A stretch of DNA of 64,000 nt from Spirochaetia bacterium (lineage in GTDB: Bacteria > Spirochaetota > Spirochaetia > WTKD01 > G963693115): assembly GCA_965226055.1 (NCBI GenBank), contig CBDDCA010000006.1, positions 64,001 through 128,000 of the forward strand, written 5' to 3'. A model generated the notes under the pieces. The model had not been told where the DNA came from and did not search any database. It worked only from the letters and a program-made list of their open reading frames with translations. This document shows positions 49,357 to 59,383 of this stretch, in pieces. The number at the start of each line of letters is the position of its first letter. Positions within the stretch are counted from its first letter, which is position 1. Position numbers and translations under genes: made by a program.

Positions 49357-51294
49357 ATGGCATCTATAAAAATACTTGAAGATATTGTCATTAGACAAAT
49401 TGCGGCTGGAGAAGTCATTGAAAGGCCTGCATCAGCATTACGTGAACTTATTGATAATAGTATAGATGCTCATGCAAAAAAAATAAATGTGTATTGCAAA
49501 AACGGAGGACTTGATTTCCTTAGTATAGAAGATGATGGTGATGGCATTCTAAAGGATGATCTTCCTTTATGTTGTATATCCCATGCAACCTCAAAAATAA
49601 CACACAGTAATGACTTATTTGCAATACATAGTATGGGATTTCGTGGTGAAGCACTTGCAAGTCTCAGTTCAATAGCTCGCGTTACTATTACCTCTGCTAC
49701 AGACAACAATAAAGCCTATACAATTACAGTGAACGAAGAAAAACAATCTGAAGTACAACCTGCTTCTCGTACAAAAGGAACAAGTATTCAAGTTGAAAAT
49801 ATGTTTTATTCTGTCCCTGCAAGAAAAAAATTTCTTTCTGGAGCACATACCGAAGAACAATTACTAAAAACTACCTTGCTTAAAAAAGCTGCCAGCTTTC
49901 CTACTATCTCTTTTAGCTTTAATAGTAGCACCAATACCAACAAAAAGCCTCCTTTATTTCTGCCTGCAGAAGATCCTTTTTCTCGCAGTATCCGTATTTG
50001 TTCTAAAAGCAGTATAGAACATTTTTTGTGGCAAGATACTGTATACAATGAAGATTTTTCACTCAGCTGTGCTTTAGGATTACCTGAAATAGCACAAAGA
50101 ACAAGAAAAAATATACATATTTACATCAACAATCGCCCTATAAAAGATTTTGCTATTATGCAAGCAGTAGAGTTCTCATATAGAAATATTCTACATGGAG
50201 GATTGTTTCCTCAAGCCGTCCTGTTTCTTACTATTCCCCCTCAAAAAATTGATATAAACATACACCCTACAAAGTCAGAAGTAAAATTATTGGAAATTGA
50301 TCGCATAAGAAAACTCATAATTTCTACTCTTGACAAAAAATTACAAGCACTTAACAGTACTACCCCAGTCTTAGAACAAAAACATTTTAATACTCTGTTT
50401 GAACCTGAACCTCACGCTACTCCACAAGCCAATGAAACACAAAAAATTCCCTCACAAACCATACATAATCGTAATATCAATACAGAAAAAAACACTACAA
50501 ACAAAACGCCTCTTTCTTTTACAAAAGATAATAGTATACAGAAAACACATATAACTGAAACACAGAATACTCCGCAAGATACCCCCCAAGATACTCCGAA
50601 CAAAAAAACAATACAGTACAAATACTCTCCCATACATGAACAAAAACAATCATTTGCATCAAAAACAGAACATTACACTACAACACAGAGTACACTAAAA
50701 GAAGCTGAACTTAAATCAATAGAAACAATACGGAGTACCAACAAAATTATTCGAAACAATTTCTCATATACTGGCACTGTATTTGATACCTACTTAGTAT
50801 TTGAGAAAGAAGAAACCCTCTTCTTTCTTGATTTTCATGCAGTACATGAACGGCTTATATTTGATAATCTCACAAAAGAAAAAAAGAAGATGGAACTTCT
50901 TATTCCTATTCCTCTTGAAATACCTAGAAGCAAAGAAAATAATGTGCAGCTCATAAAAGAATACAAAGAATACAATATCTTATTAGAAGATAACAATGAA
51001 ACTCTCTATTTACAAGCTATTCCTGCAAATTGTCCTATTAGTGCTGATAATGTAGCAAAAATTATAGAAGAATCAATACAAGGTACTACAAAACCACAAT
51101 CAATGACAGCCAGCATGTTTGCTCGTAAAGCATGTCGGTATGCAGTAAAAGCAGGCGGGATTGTTGACTTTGAGGCAGCATTTGAGCTACTGTTTTTTGC
51201 ATTAAAGTTACAAGAACCACGTTGTCCTCACGGAAGACCATTGTGGATAAACATGAAAAAAAACCAGCTAGATAGTCTTATAGGAAGAATATAG
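49357..51294 (+). CDS. mutL: DNA mismatch repair protein MutL
   Basis: IAAGEVIERPAS, HATSKI, GFRGEALAS, DINIHPTK.EV, D.HAVHER, AC...VKAG, CPHGRP. Confidence 0.96.
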   Translation: MASIKILEDIVIRQIAAGEVIERPASALRELIDNSIDAHAKKINVYCKNGGLDFLSIEDDGDGILKDDLPLCCISHATSKITHSNDLFAIHSMGFRGEALASLSSIARVTITSATDNNKAYTITVNEEKQSEVQPASRTKGTSIQVENMFYSVPARKKFLSGAHTEEQLLKTTLLKKAASFPTISFSFNSSTNTNKKPPLFLPAEDPFSRSIRICSKSSIEHFLWQDTVYNEDFSLSCALGLPEIAQRTRKNIHIYINNRPIKDFAIMQAVEFSYRNILHGGLFPQAVLFLTIPPQKIDINIHPTKSEVKLLEIDRIRKLIISTLDKKLQALNSTTPVLEQKHFNTLFEPEPHATPQANETQKIPSQTIHNRNINTEKNTTNKTPLSFTKDNSIQKTHITETQNTPQDTPQDTPNKKTIQYKYSPIHEQKQSFASKTEHYTTTQSTLKEAELKSIETIRSTNKIIRNNFSYTGTVFDTYLVFEKEETLFFLDFHAVHERLIFDNLTKEKKKMELLIPIPLEIPRSKENNVQLIKEYKEYNILLEDNNETLYLQAIPANCPISADNVAKIIEESIQGTTKPQSMTASMFARKACRYAVKAGGIVDFEAAFELLFFALKLQEPRCPHGRPLWINMKKNQLDSLIGRI

Positions 51295-51303
51295 ACATAG
51301 CTA

Positions 51304-52014
51304 TTATTCTTCAATACCTAAAAAAGAATTTGGTTCACTTATACCTGAATTATTTTCCTTAATAATAGTGAGCTTTTCGTTTAATTCTTCTTCTAGTTGC
51401 TTTTTCTTGTTAAATTCTTCTTTGTCTATTTCTGAGCTTGGAAACACATTGTATGAGTCTAACAGAGCTATCATCTTTGGAACATTTTCATCTTGCTGTT
51501 CTTTGTCAGTATTATCAAGATATAACTGATAATCCTTTTTTGCACTCTTATAATTTTGTAATTGTATAGCAGCATTTGCTCTATTAAGATACGCAAGCGC
51601 AAAGCGTGGAGATCTTTGTATAAGCTCCCCAAAAGCATCATATGCTTTTTTATATTCTTGCTGTTGAATATACGCTACTGCAATATTAAATTTTACTTGG
51701 AAAATCTCATCACTCGTAATATTTGTCAAGCCTATTGATAAAAAATATTCATTGATAGCTTGTTCAATATTTCCTGACTTTTGTAGAGCATATGCATATT
51801 CTGCTCGGAGTAAACCTTCTGCAGGGTACACTGCAACTGCTTGTGCATAAAAAACACTCGCTTTACTATAGTTCTTTCCTACCATTTGCTCTCTTGCAAT
51901 AGACCACCAATACTCTTGCTGAGCATATACAGATATAGTGCCTATACATAGTCCCCATATGATACATATTATTCTACAGCACGCTACTATTTTCTTTTTT
52001 TTATCTATACACAT
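51304..52014 (-). CDS. Exported TPR protein
   Basis: Signal-like N-terminus and about four TPR units (AYLNRANA..QL.NY..A..DY). Confidence 0.75.
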   Translation of the reverse strand: MCIDKKKKIVACCRIICIIWGLCIGTISVYAQQEYWWSIAREQMVGKNYSKASVFYAQAVAVYPAEGLLRAEYAYALQKSGNIEQAINEYFLSIGLTNITSDEIFQVKFNIAVAYIQQQEYKKAYDAFGELIQRSPRFALAYLNRANAAIQLQNYKSAKKDYQLYLDNTDKEQQDENVPKMIALLDSYNVFPSSEIDKEEFNKKKQLEEELNEKLTIIKENNSGISEPNSFLGIEE

Positions 52015-52918
52015 TTACAACATCCTCTATCGATTCTTCATAAATTAATGTATCTCTACGCATTTCAAGGGGAAATGGCCCTGCACTTACTGTTATTGCC
52101 CCTTCTAATCGATAATGCAAATATACTGAAAATTTTGGTTTTATATCCCCTATGATAGTATCAAAATCAGGAATAAAACTTATTCTTTTATTTGGTTCTA
52201 TTGTATATATCGTCCCATTTTCTCCCAACAATGAGATTAATTCTTTATGATCACTTGTCAATACATTTCCTGCAATATCGCTTTCTGGCAAAGGGTATAC
52301 TAACTGCATAAATAGATCTCTGATAGCACCATTTTCACCATTGAGAAACTGTGCTTCAAGAAGAGGGGCATATGTATTATTAGAAAATTGACGCCATTCT
52401 GGAAATATATTTGATGGAATTGGATCAGTTACAAAAGCATTGTTCTCTTCACTATACACAGCATTTGCATTCTGAGGATATTCATATGTAATAAAAAAAT
52501 TTCTTTCATCACGAAACCCTGAATAATCAAGTATTAAAACACGATATTCCCCTCGTGGCAACTTTTCGTACTGTTCAGACACTATGCTATTGATCGCTAT
52601 CCAATCAAGATTAGCTAAGGTCAGAATATCCCATTCATCTTGAGTGATGCGCCAATACCGTTCACTATCATCGTTAATAACATACAGCTCGTATATCTCA
52701 TCAAAGCCATCGTCATCATCTGCCAGAATGTGTAGAACAAGGCGTTCATATACATCTTGAGACGGATATTCCTTAAAAGACTGCAAATCCCACTGTAAAT
52801 CATAGATTACCGGATCGGCTCCACTACAGGATATGGTGAGAAAGCCATATATACAAGAGAAAAGTACTATTACATACTGCAATATGCTTTTTTTTACTCT
52901 ATATACTTGTTGTTCCAT
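52001..52918 (-). CDS. Hypothetical lipoprotein
   Basis: Lipobox TISC; acidic D.D.DG.DEI..L motif; overlaps the TPR gene. Confidence 0.65.
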   Translation of the reverse strand: MEQQVYRVKKSILQYVIVLFSCIYGFLTISCSGADPVIYDLQWDLQSFKEYPSQDVYERLVLHILADDDDGFDEIYELYVINDDSERYWRITQDEWDILTLANLDWIAINSIVSEQYEKLPRGEYRVLILDYSGFRDERNFFITYEYPQNANAVYSEENNAFVTDPIPSNIFPEWRQFSNNTYAPLLEAQFLNGENGAIRDLFMQLVYPLPESDIAGNVLTSDHKELISLLGENGTIYTIEPNKRISFIPDFDTIIGDIKPKFSVYLHYRLEGAITVSAGPFPLEMRRDTLIYEESIEDVVNVYR

Positions 52919-53041
52919 ACTCCCTCATTAGTATATATTCCTTCTGTACATGTATCTGTAATAAAGATACAGTACTTTCACCTGCCTTGTGCCTTATTAG
53001 TACTTTATGTATTGGCGTAGAGTTATATAATTGTAACTGTT

Positions 53042-53254
53042 TTAGTTTGATCTGAAATACGTCTTAGTTTTTCTCAGTCGTTTTTGCAATTTACGTTCAA
53101 GAGATTTTTTTCTTCTATTACGTATAGTAGAAGGTTTTTCGTAATATTCTCGTTTTTTCCATTCACGTATAATACCTTCTCTATCAACTAAACGCTTAAA
53201 ACGCTTAATTGCTTTTTCTATTGGTTCTGTATTACCTACTTCAATATGTGCGAT
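53042..53254 (-). CDS. rpsU: 30S ribosomal protein S21 (non-canonical ATC start; absent from the ORF track)
   Basis: (M)AHIEVGNTEPIEKAIKRFKRLVDREGIIREWKKREYYEKPSTIRNRRKKS...FRSN, 70 aa; GGAGG RBS 6 nt before ATC. Confidence 0.92.
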   Translation of the reverse strand: MAHIEVGNTEPIEKAIKRFKRLVDREGIIREWKKREYYEKPSTIRNRRKKSLERKLQKRLRKTKTYFRSN

Positions 53255-53292
53255 TCTATTCCTCCTTATAAAAAATTTCTAACATCTATGTA

Positions 53293-54297
53293 TTACTCTA
53301 CTGCTAGTATAAAGACTTTGTCAAGTACTCCCATACTTAAAATTGGATCTATTCTTACATTATTTACACGTAATTCCCAATGTAAATGAGGACCTGTGGA
53401 AAATCCAGAATTTCCTATTTCTCCAATTATCTCATTTTTGTTAATTCTATCATTTTCTTCTACCCGTATATCACTTAGATGATAAAATAGGGAGTATACT
53501 CCCGGAAAATGAGAGACAACAATAGTATTTCCTGTTACAATTCTATTTCCTGTAAAGACAACCCTGCCTTTTGCTGGAGAAAATACAGGAGTTCCTGTAC
53601 TGGCTGCTATATCTATCCCTCCATGAATAGAAGAGGAAAGAACATTTCCTGTCACATCAACAAATAAACGCTCATCAGAATACATACCAGAGAAATATTT
53701 ATACGATTTTACAGGGAGTATAAAATTATCATATGCAAAATAATCATCCTCAAATACCTTTTTTGTAAGCTGCCACATGTTCTTTGCCTGTTCAACAACT
53801 TTTTTATGATAAAATGTACTGCGTTTTGTAGAGAGGTTTTTATTTAATACTATACGCTCTTCAAAGGTATTTCTCTCCTTTAATAGTATCACCTGTTTTG
53901 CTAAAAAATCAGATGTCTGAGCGTGTTTCTCTGAAGATACAGAAGCCAGTACAAGTGCATACGATCCATGTACAATGCCATGAGGAATACCAATCAAAGC
54001 AAATTGAGTGCTATCTTTCTCTAAAAGTGGTGCGCTCACCACCTTTTTGTCTCGATACATAAGCTGTATTTCATAGTTTGGATCTACAAATGCATCAAGT
54101 ACTACTACAATGGTTTCGCCTACCATCGCTTCCATCATACTGTTATCGTGAGTACTTAAAAAATGTAAATCATCTCTTTGTAACACAGAAACATCATATT
54201 CCTCTTGAGAATCCAGCACTCCCTTCTCTTTTGCATATACTATGCTCACATGCACTGCAGAAAATATAGCTATAATAAAAAAAATATAATATCTCAT
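53293..54297 (-). CDS. M23 family metallopeptidase
   Basis: Signal peptide; HGGID, YHL, GNSGFSTGPHLHWE, IDP. Confidence 0.92.
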   Translation of the reverse strand: MRYYIFFIIAIFSAVHVSIVYAKEKGVLDSQEEYDVSVLQRDDLHFLSTHDNSMMEAMVGETIVVVLDAFVDPNYEIQLMYRDKKVVSAPLLEKDSTQFALIGIPHGIVHGSYALVLASVSSEKHAQTSDFLAKQVILLKERNTFEERIVLNKNLSTKRSTFYHKKVVEQAKNMWQLTKKVFEDDYFAYDNFILPVKSYKYFSGMYSDERLFVDVTGNVLSSSIHGGIDIAASTGTPVFSPAKGRVVFTGNRIVTGNTIVVSHFPGVYSLFYHLSDIRVEENDRINKNEIIGEIGNSGFSTGPHLHWELRVNNVRIDPILSMGVLDKVFILAVE

Positions 54298-55413
54298 CTA
54301 GTGATAGTCCATTTCTGTTTTGAAGTATTCTTTATTATAGATTAATTCACCTATTATATCTTTTTGTATAACAGATATATCCAATAATGTTTGTATTGCT
54401 TGCTCTATTGAATGAGTAGAAAATAGCTGAGATTTTTTATCAAAATACCTTAAAAATTTTTTTTCAATATCCTTAAGAGCAATAGCGTTTGATGACTCTT
54501 TCACTATTGCTATAATAGTTACATAGAGTTCAATATGCCTTATATCATCATCTACTGTATCTAAAGGCTTTTGCAATAATGTATTGAAAAAACTGACAGT
54601 CAAATCTAGAGTTTTTTTTATTTTATGTGCCTGTTTTTTTACTGATTCACTTACAATTATTTGCCATATAGATTTTTTCATAGTATCAACAGATTCTTTT
54701 TTATGATAATTTCTATACTCACGAAGTTTCTCATATTCATTATGTACATTTAAGGAATAAGGTCCACGATGATATTCTATAAAGTGTTTGAAATATTCTT
54801 TCCCTAAATATACATTTACCATGTAACATGCTTTCTGAATAACTAATTCATCCTTTATTGACAGTTTTTGTTCAAGAGATAAAAAAACTATCCAAGAGAG
54901 CGATGGCTTTAGGCTTGCAAGACTCTTACTCTCTCTCTCTGATATATCTTTTGGCGATTCTCCATATATTTGTATAGTAACAGCATCTAAGTGTTGTAGC
55001 TTGCTTTCTATTAAATTATATACTTTTTTCCATTCTAGCCCACCATTCCCACAACCTAACTGAGGAATAGCAATACTTTTAATGGTAGGTTTTTTTTTCA
55101 AATATGCTACAAGTGAATTTAAGCCATCTTCTATGTATTTGTATTCAGATTTTTTTTTCCATTCATTTTTGGTAGGAAAATTTATAATAATAGGCGTTTC
55201 TTTTTCATAAGGAAAAATAGAGCCTATGACTAGCTCCCCATTTTTACAAGCACTAATATAGGCTTTATTATTGTTAGGAAAATGTTTCTTAAATTGATAT
55301 GCTAGCCCCTTTCCCATATATCCTTCACAATTTACAGTATTGACAATTGCATCTGTTTTTGCTACCAATATATCATTATCTGTTACAAAATGTATATGTT
55401 TAGATATTGACAT
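54298..55413 (-). CDS. darG: DarG antitoxin (macrodomain DNA ADP-ribosyl glycohydrolase)
   Basis: VNTVNCEGYMGKGLA.QFK, IINFPTK..W, SIAIP.LGCGNGGL.W macrodomain; C-terminal IQK..Y...F....GPYS domain. Confidence 0.88.
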   Translation of the reverse strand: MSISKHIHFVTDNDILVAKTDAIVNTVNCEGYMGKGLAYQFKKHFPNNNKAYISACKNGELVIGSIFPYEKETPIIINFPTKNEWKKKSEYKYIEDGLNSLVAYLKKKPTIKSIAIPQLGCGNGGLEWKKVYNLIESKLQHLDAVTIQIYGESPKDISERESKSLASLKPSLSWIVFLSLEQKLSIKDELVIQKACYMVNVYLGKEYFKHFIEYHRGPYSLNVHNEYEKLREYRNYHKKESVDTMKKSIWQIIVSESVKKQAHKIKKTLDLTVSFFNTLLQKPLDTVDDDIRHIELYVTIIAIVKESSNAIALKDIEKKFLRYFDKKSQLFSTHSIEQAIQTLLDISVIQKDIIGELIYNKEYFKTEMDYH

Positions 55414-55903
55414 GAACTTTTTCCATACCCTTTTGTTGTAGTAATGCTTCTATTTTACTCAAAAATGTTTTATTTTGCTCGCCAATATACACAGCTTTGA
55501 GCTGAGAAATAAGAACACGATATTTTACTAATATTTCCCCTTTATCTGTATCAATATCATCTTTTTTATTATCATAATTTTCCAAAGTAAACGAAATTCC
55601 TTTACTACTTACTGGATGCCCTAAAGTAAAATAATTAGTTTCGGCATAAAAATCAGTTACATAAAAAGCAAGATTAATCATTCCTTTATCTTTATTATTG
55701 TTTCTAACAGCGTGAGTATACGGGGTATTCATAGTAACGTGAAATGGCACATAATCATTCCATATACCTCTTTTAGCAATAATATCCTCGCTAGCTGTGT
55801 CTTGGTATGGTTGTTTAAGTTTATTTCGGCAGTAGATATATCCTGTATCTAATATTGACTTAAAATTCTCTACACTAGTGAGATGGTACATATAAAGCCC
55901 CAT
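55400..55903 (-). CDS. darT: DarT (DUF4433) DNA ADP-ribosyltransferase toxin, compact form
   Basis: YHLT...N..SIL..G, II.KR, DYVPF....TP, HP, catalytic E in GEILV; overlaps darG. Confidence 0.82.
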   Translation of the reverse strand: MGLYMYHLTSVENFKSILDTGYIYCRNKLKQPYQDTASEDIIAKRGIWNDYVPFHVTMNTPYTHAVRNNNKDKGMINLAFYVTDFYAETNYFTLGHPVSSKGISFTLENYDNKKDDIDTDKGEILVKYRVLISQLKAVYIGEQNKTFLSKIEALLQQKGMEKVHVNI

Positions 55904-55917
55904 ATGATACTCCTATT

Positions 55918-58050
55918 TCAGTTATTACAATACTCCATTTCTTTGATAATAAGAGTAAACTGTTCTTGACCATTGTACTCATCAATCTTAATGGTACATA
56001 AAAAAGATACAGCTTTCGTTTTTTTAAGAACTTCTATACTCACCCCTTCTCTATCATAATTCCACACTATAGCAGGAATATGATATTTCCCAATTTTTAC
56101 TATCAGTTTAAGATGCTGTCCTGTATCTCCCATCATATCAAAGCTCGCTATTGAAATGTTTTGCATTAGCAATACAATAGGAGGCCATTGTTCACCAAAA
56201 GGAGCAAGAGTAGTGATAATTTCTTTTAGCTCTTGTACATTAAAATATTGCTCTGGTATTTCTAAATCAATATTCGTTGATTCATTTGTGTCTTGTTGCT
56301 CTGCTGCTCTCATTAAAATAGGCACATGCTGTTGTATGTGTTGTATTACTTGCGTGTACTGATGTTTATAAAAGGAAAATCCTGCTGCTGCCTTATGTCC
56401 TCCTCCATCTATCAATAGAGGCCGAAGATGCTCTATAAGATGTGTAGCATTCATATATTTTTCACAACGGATGGAAGCATTCATTACATCATCATCTAGC
56501 TTTGTTATAACAATGGCAGGCACAGTATACCTCATGAGTATAGTGTTTGCAAAAGCACCAGTAAATGAGTGAGGAATATCTTCGTTATGTACAATAACAA
56601 AGTGTTTATTCTGCTCTAAACTCTCTGCTGCTTGCGTATACACTTGCTCCTTACATGTATCCATTTGAGATATTCGTTTTTTATTGAGTACAATAAGCTG
56701 TTCCACATACTCCGATGCTTTTTTTGTATCTTCTTCAAGCAATAATTTCACTGCAAGGTGAGCCTGTCCCATCCGCCCTGATGCATTGATAACAGGAGCA
56801 ATTTTCCACCCTATTGTCTGAGCATTTATTGGCTTATTATACAACTTTAATGCTCTCAATAGAGCATCTAATCCACAATTAGGAGAAGATTTCATTGTGG
56901 ATATCCCTTGTTGAAGAATAATACGATTTTCATTTTTGAGGGGCATAATATCTGCTATAGTAGAAATTGCAGCTATATCAAACACCTCGTCAATAGCAAT
57001 AGAAAAGCAAGGCATAGCCTTAATCATTATTTTCGTATACACTGTAAACAAAATTTCAATCTCACTCATAGAAGAGGGAGAAAATGGACCTACTATTTTC
57101 TTTTCTTTCAGTTCAAGTAAAGAATTAGCAGCAAGATGTGGATAATTTTTTTTCCAATCTTCTTGTATATCAGTAAGAAAAATATCAAAAGAGTTTCCCA
57201 AAAATTTATACATCAATGTTTCTTGTATATTTGCATTAAATACATATATGGGTATATTTGATAATGTAGATTGTAACTCTTCTTTCGCTTGCTCCAACTG
57301 ATGTGACACAGTGATAGTTTTTCTCCACTTTTGTACTGCATTTCTTACACATATAAGTTCAATGTTCAGTACATCATTCAGTGGCACTGCGTTTAGTAGA
57401 CAAATATCTTGTTGATACAAAGGAGTCTGTGAGAACAATAAAGCAGTATACAGTTTAGCAGCTAAAACACCTGCACTAATGCCCTCAAAAGGATAGCCTT
57501 GTTCTTTTATTTTTGCATTTATGATTGCATATGCTTCAGGAATATCTTTTCCCGGAGTATGATGATCAAATATAAGTACATCCATTCCCAGAGAATGTGC
57601 AAAGTCCACCTCTTTATGACTACTTATGCCACAATCTATTGTTATAATAAGTGATATATTTCTATCATAAAACTTCTGTATATCCTCTTTACTAAAGCTA
57701 TATGCATGCACTCCTGTTGGCACCTGCCATTCAACATGTATTCCTAAAGATTGCAGGGCTTTTACAATGATAGTAGTACCAGTAATGCCATCTACATCTT
57801 TATCGCCATATACAAGGACATATTCTCCTTCTTCTTTTGCTCTCAGAATCCTATCTACCGCCCGTTCCATATCTTTAAATAAAAACGGTTGATGTAAATT
57901 ACTACTATCAAGAAAAAAATAGAAAGGCAATTCTTCTTTTGTGAGAATACCCCTACGAATTAATATTGTAGCCATTGGCACACTCATATTATATTCTTTT
58001 ACAAATGATCTTACGAGAGTTTTGTCAACAGCAATTTTATTCCACTTCAC
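55918..58050 (-). CDS. recJ: Single-stranded-DNA exonuclease RecJ
   Basis: GDKDVDG, TIDCG, DHH, TIADIMPL, P.INASGRM, GGHKAAAG, LAPFG; GTG start; internal insertion. Confidence 0.94.
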   Translation of the reverse strand: MKWNKIAVDKTLVRSFVKEYNMSVPMATILIRRGILTKEELPFYFFLDSSNLHQPFLFKDMERAVDRILRAKEEGEYVLVYGDKDVDGITGTTIIVKALQSLGIHVEWQVPTGVHAYSFSKEDIQKFYDRNISLIITIDCGISSHKEVDFAHSLGMDVLIFDHHTPGKDIPEAYAIINAKIKEQGYPFEGISAGVLAAKLYTALLFSQTPLYQQDICLLNAVPLNDVLNIELICVRNAVQKWRKTITVSHQLEQAKEELQSTLSNIPIYVFNANIQETLMYKFLGNSFDIFLTDIQEDWKKNYPHLAANSLLELKEKKIVGPFSPSSMSEIEILFTVYTKIMIKAMPCFSIAIDEVFDIAAISTIADIMPLKNENRIILQQGISTMKSSPNCGLDALLRALKLYNKPINAQTIGWKIAPVINASGRMGQAHLAVKLLLEEDTKKASEYVEQLIVLNKKRISQMDTCKEQVYTQAAESLEQNKHFVIVHNEDIPHSFTGAFANTILMRYTVPAIVITKLDDDVMNASIRCEKYMNATHLIEHLRPLLIDGGGHKAAAGFSFYKHQYTQVIQHIQQHVPILMRAAEQQDTNESTNIDLEIPEQYFNVQELKEIITTLAPFGEQWPPIVLLMQNISIASFDMMGDTGQHLKLIVKIGKYHIPAIVWNYDREGVSIEVLKKTKAVSFLCTIKIDEYNGQEQFTLIIKEMEYCNN

Positions 58051-58235
58051 TGATACTATTATACACTGTAAAGCATATTATTGATTGAATATCCAATACA
58101 TTGTTAATAATATTATGTCATTCTGCACATATAGCGTGTAACTCGCAGGTAGCTACACGAGATGGTTACACTCCAATTTTTTTCATAATAAGTACTTGAA
58201 AGCAAAATATAAAAAGAGTATACTAGTATATGTTA

Positions 58236-58308
<73 letters not shown>

Positions 58309-58419
58309 TATTTTTTCATCTCATAAATACTGCATAGCTATTGTATAACCACTGTGTAAGCACAAGGATACTTCAGCCATTCTTTGTATTACTTTATAGC
58401 ATGTATACTTTATGTTCTC

Positions 58420-59322
58420 CTATACAGCATACGCCATATCTGACTTATTAAACATATCTCTTAGTTTTTGTAATGCTCTCTGTTCAATTTGTCTAATTCG
58501 TTCTTTTGATACATTGTATTTTTTACTCAGCTCATCAAGAGACACTGCATTCCCTGCTATCATACCATAGCGATGTTTAAGAATATCAGAATCTCGTTTT
58601 GGAAGAAGATCGAGATATGTTCTTAAGTGATATTTCATCTCTTTATCCAATACATTTGTTTCTGGATTTACAACATTATTATCAGGTATAGTATCTCCTA
58701 TAGTGGCAACTACTGAATCTGTATCTGTATTACCTGAAATATAACTATCAAGAGAAATTACTTCTTGATTTGACATCATGATGTTGTATAGATTCTTTTG
58801 CGGTATATTTAATACTTGAGAGATATGCTGATATTTTTTCTGTTCAGAACATACAGCAAACTGTCTATCATTTTGCATTTTATTTTGTACCTTATAAATT
58901 TCTCTCATGTCTCGAATTTTATTCATAGGTTTTTTAATAATAGCACTAGTGTGTATGAATTTATTGATATAATACTTAATCCAAAAAACAGCATATGAAA
59001 TAAAGTTATTCTTTTTATGAATATCAAATTTATCAATAGCCCGACACAACCCTAAACATCCTTCTGATATAAGCTCTCCAATGGCTTCTCCTGAATACAA
59101 AAATTGCTTGGCTACCTTTATTACAAAAGGCATGTTTGATTCCATAAGCGTATTTCTTGCTTTTATATCTCCTACTTGTGCTTGCATGAGCAATCTTTTT
59201 TGTTCAAGCTCTGAGAGCACAGATACATTATGTAATGATTTACTATCATTATTACCTTGAATATATATTTTTTCCCCTCTTTTTTTATATATACTGTTTT
59301 GATCTCCTTGATCCATATACAA
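58420..59322 (-). CDS. Sigma70-family sigma factor, group-2/RpoS-like
   Basis: Region 2 (N..FV.KVAK, LISEG.LGL.RAIDKFD, FISYAVFWI), region 3 (ISLD), region 4 (SL.EL...NVSKERIRQIE.RAL.KLR); no region 1.1. Confidence 0.88.
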   Translation of the reverse strand: MYMDQGDQNSIYKKRGEKIYIQGNNDSKSLHNVSVLSELEQKRLLMQAQVGDIKARNTLMESNMPFVIKVAKQFLYSGEAIGELISEGCLGLCRAIDKFDIHKKNNFISYAVFWIKYYINKFIHTSAIIKKPMNKIRDMREIYKVQNKMQNDRQFAVCSEQKKYQHISQVLNIPQKNLYNIMMSNQEVISLDSYISGNTDTDSVVATIGDTIPDNNVVNPETNVLDKEMKYHLRTYLDLLPKRDSDILKHRYGMIAGNAVSLDELSKKYNVSKERIRQIEQRALQKLRDMFNKSDMAYAV

Positions 59323-59366
59323 TCCTCCTAGATTTTTTAGTATATTTTGATATGTAATAATATATA

Positions 59367-59383
59367 AGCAACTACAATGCCAA
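59367..59383 (-). promoter_or_regulatory. Sigma54 (RpoN) -24/-12 promoter upstream of the RpoS-like sigma factor
   Basis: Minus strand tTGGCATtgtagTTGCT, correct GG-N10-GC spacing, 44 nt upstream of the ATG. Confidence 0.78.

Noticed and set aside
54295-54300. In-frame TAG-ATG junction that could fuse DarG to the M23 peptidase by readthrough
   Set aside because: M23 begins with its own signal peptide and no recoding signal is visible; tight insertion explains it.
58134-58174. preQ1 riboswitch resemblance (tagctacac, taaccatc)
   Set aside because: The short matches fall on opposite strands, there is no A-rich tail in register and no queuosine gene downstream. Kept only as an unassigned hairpin.
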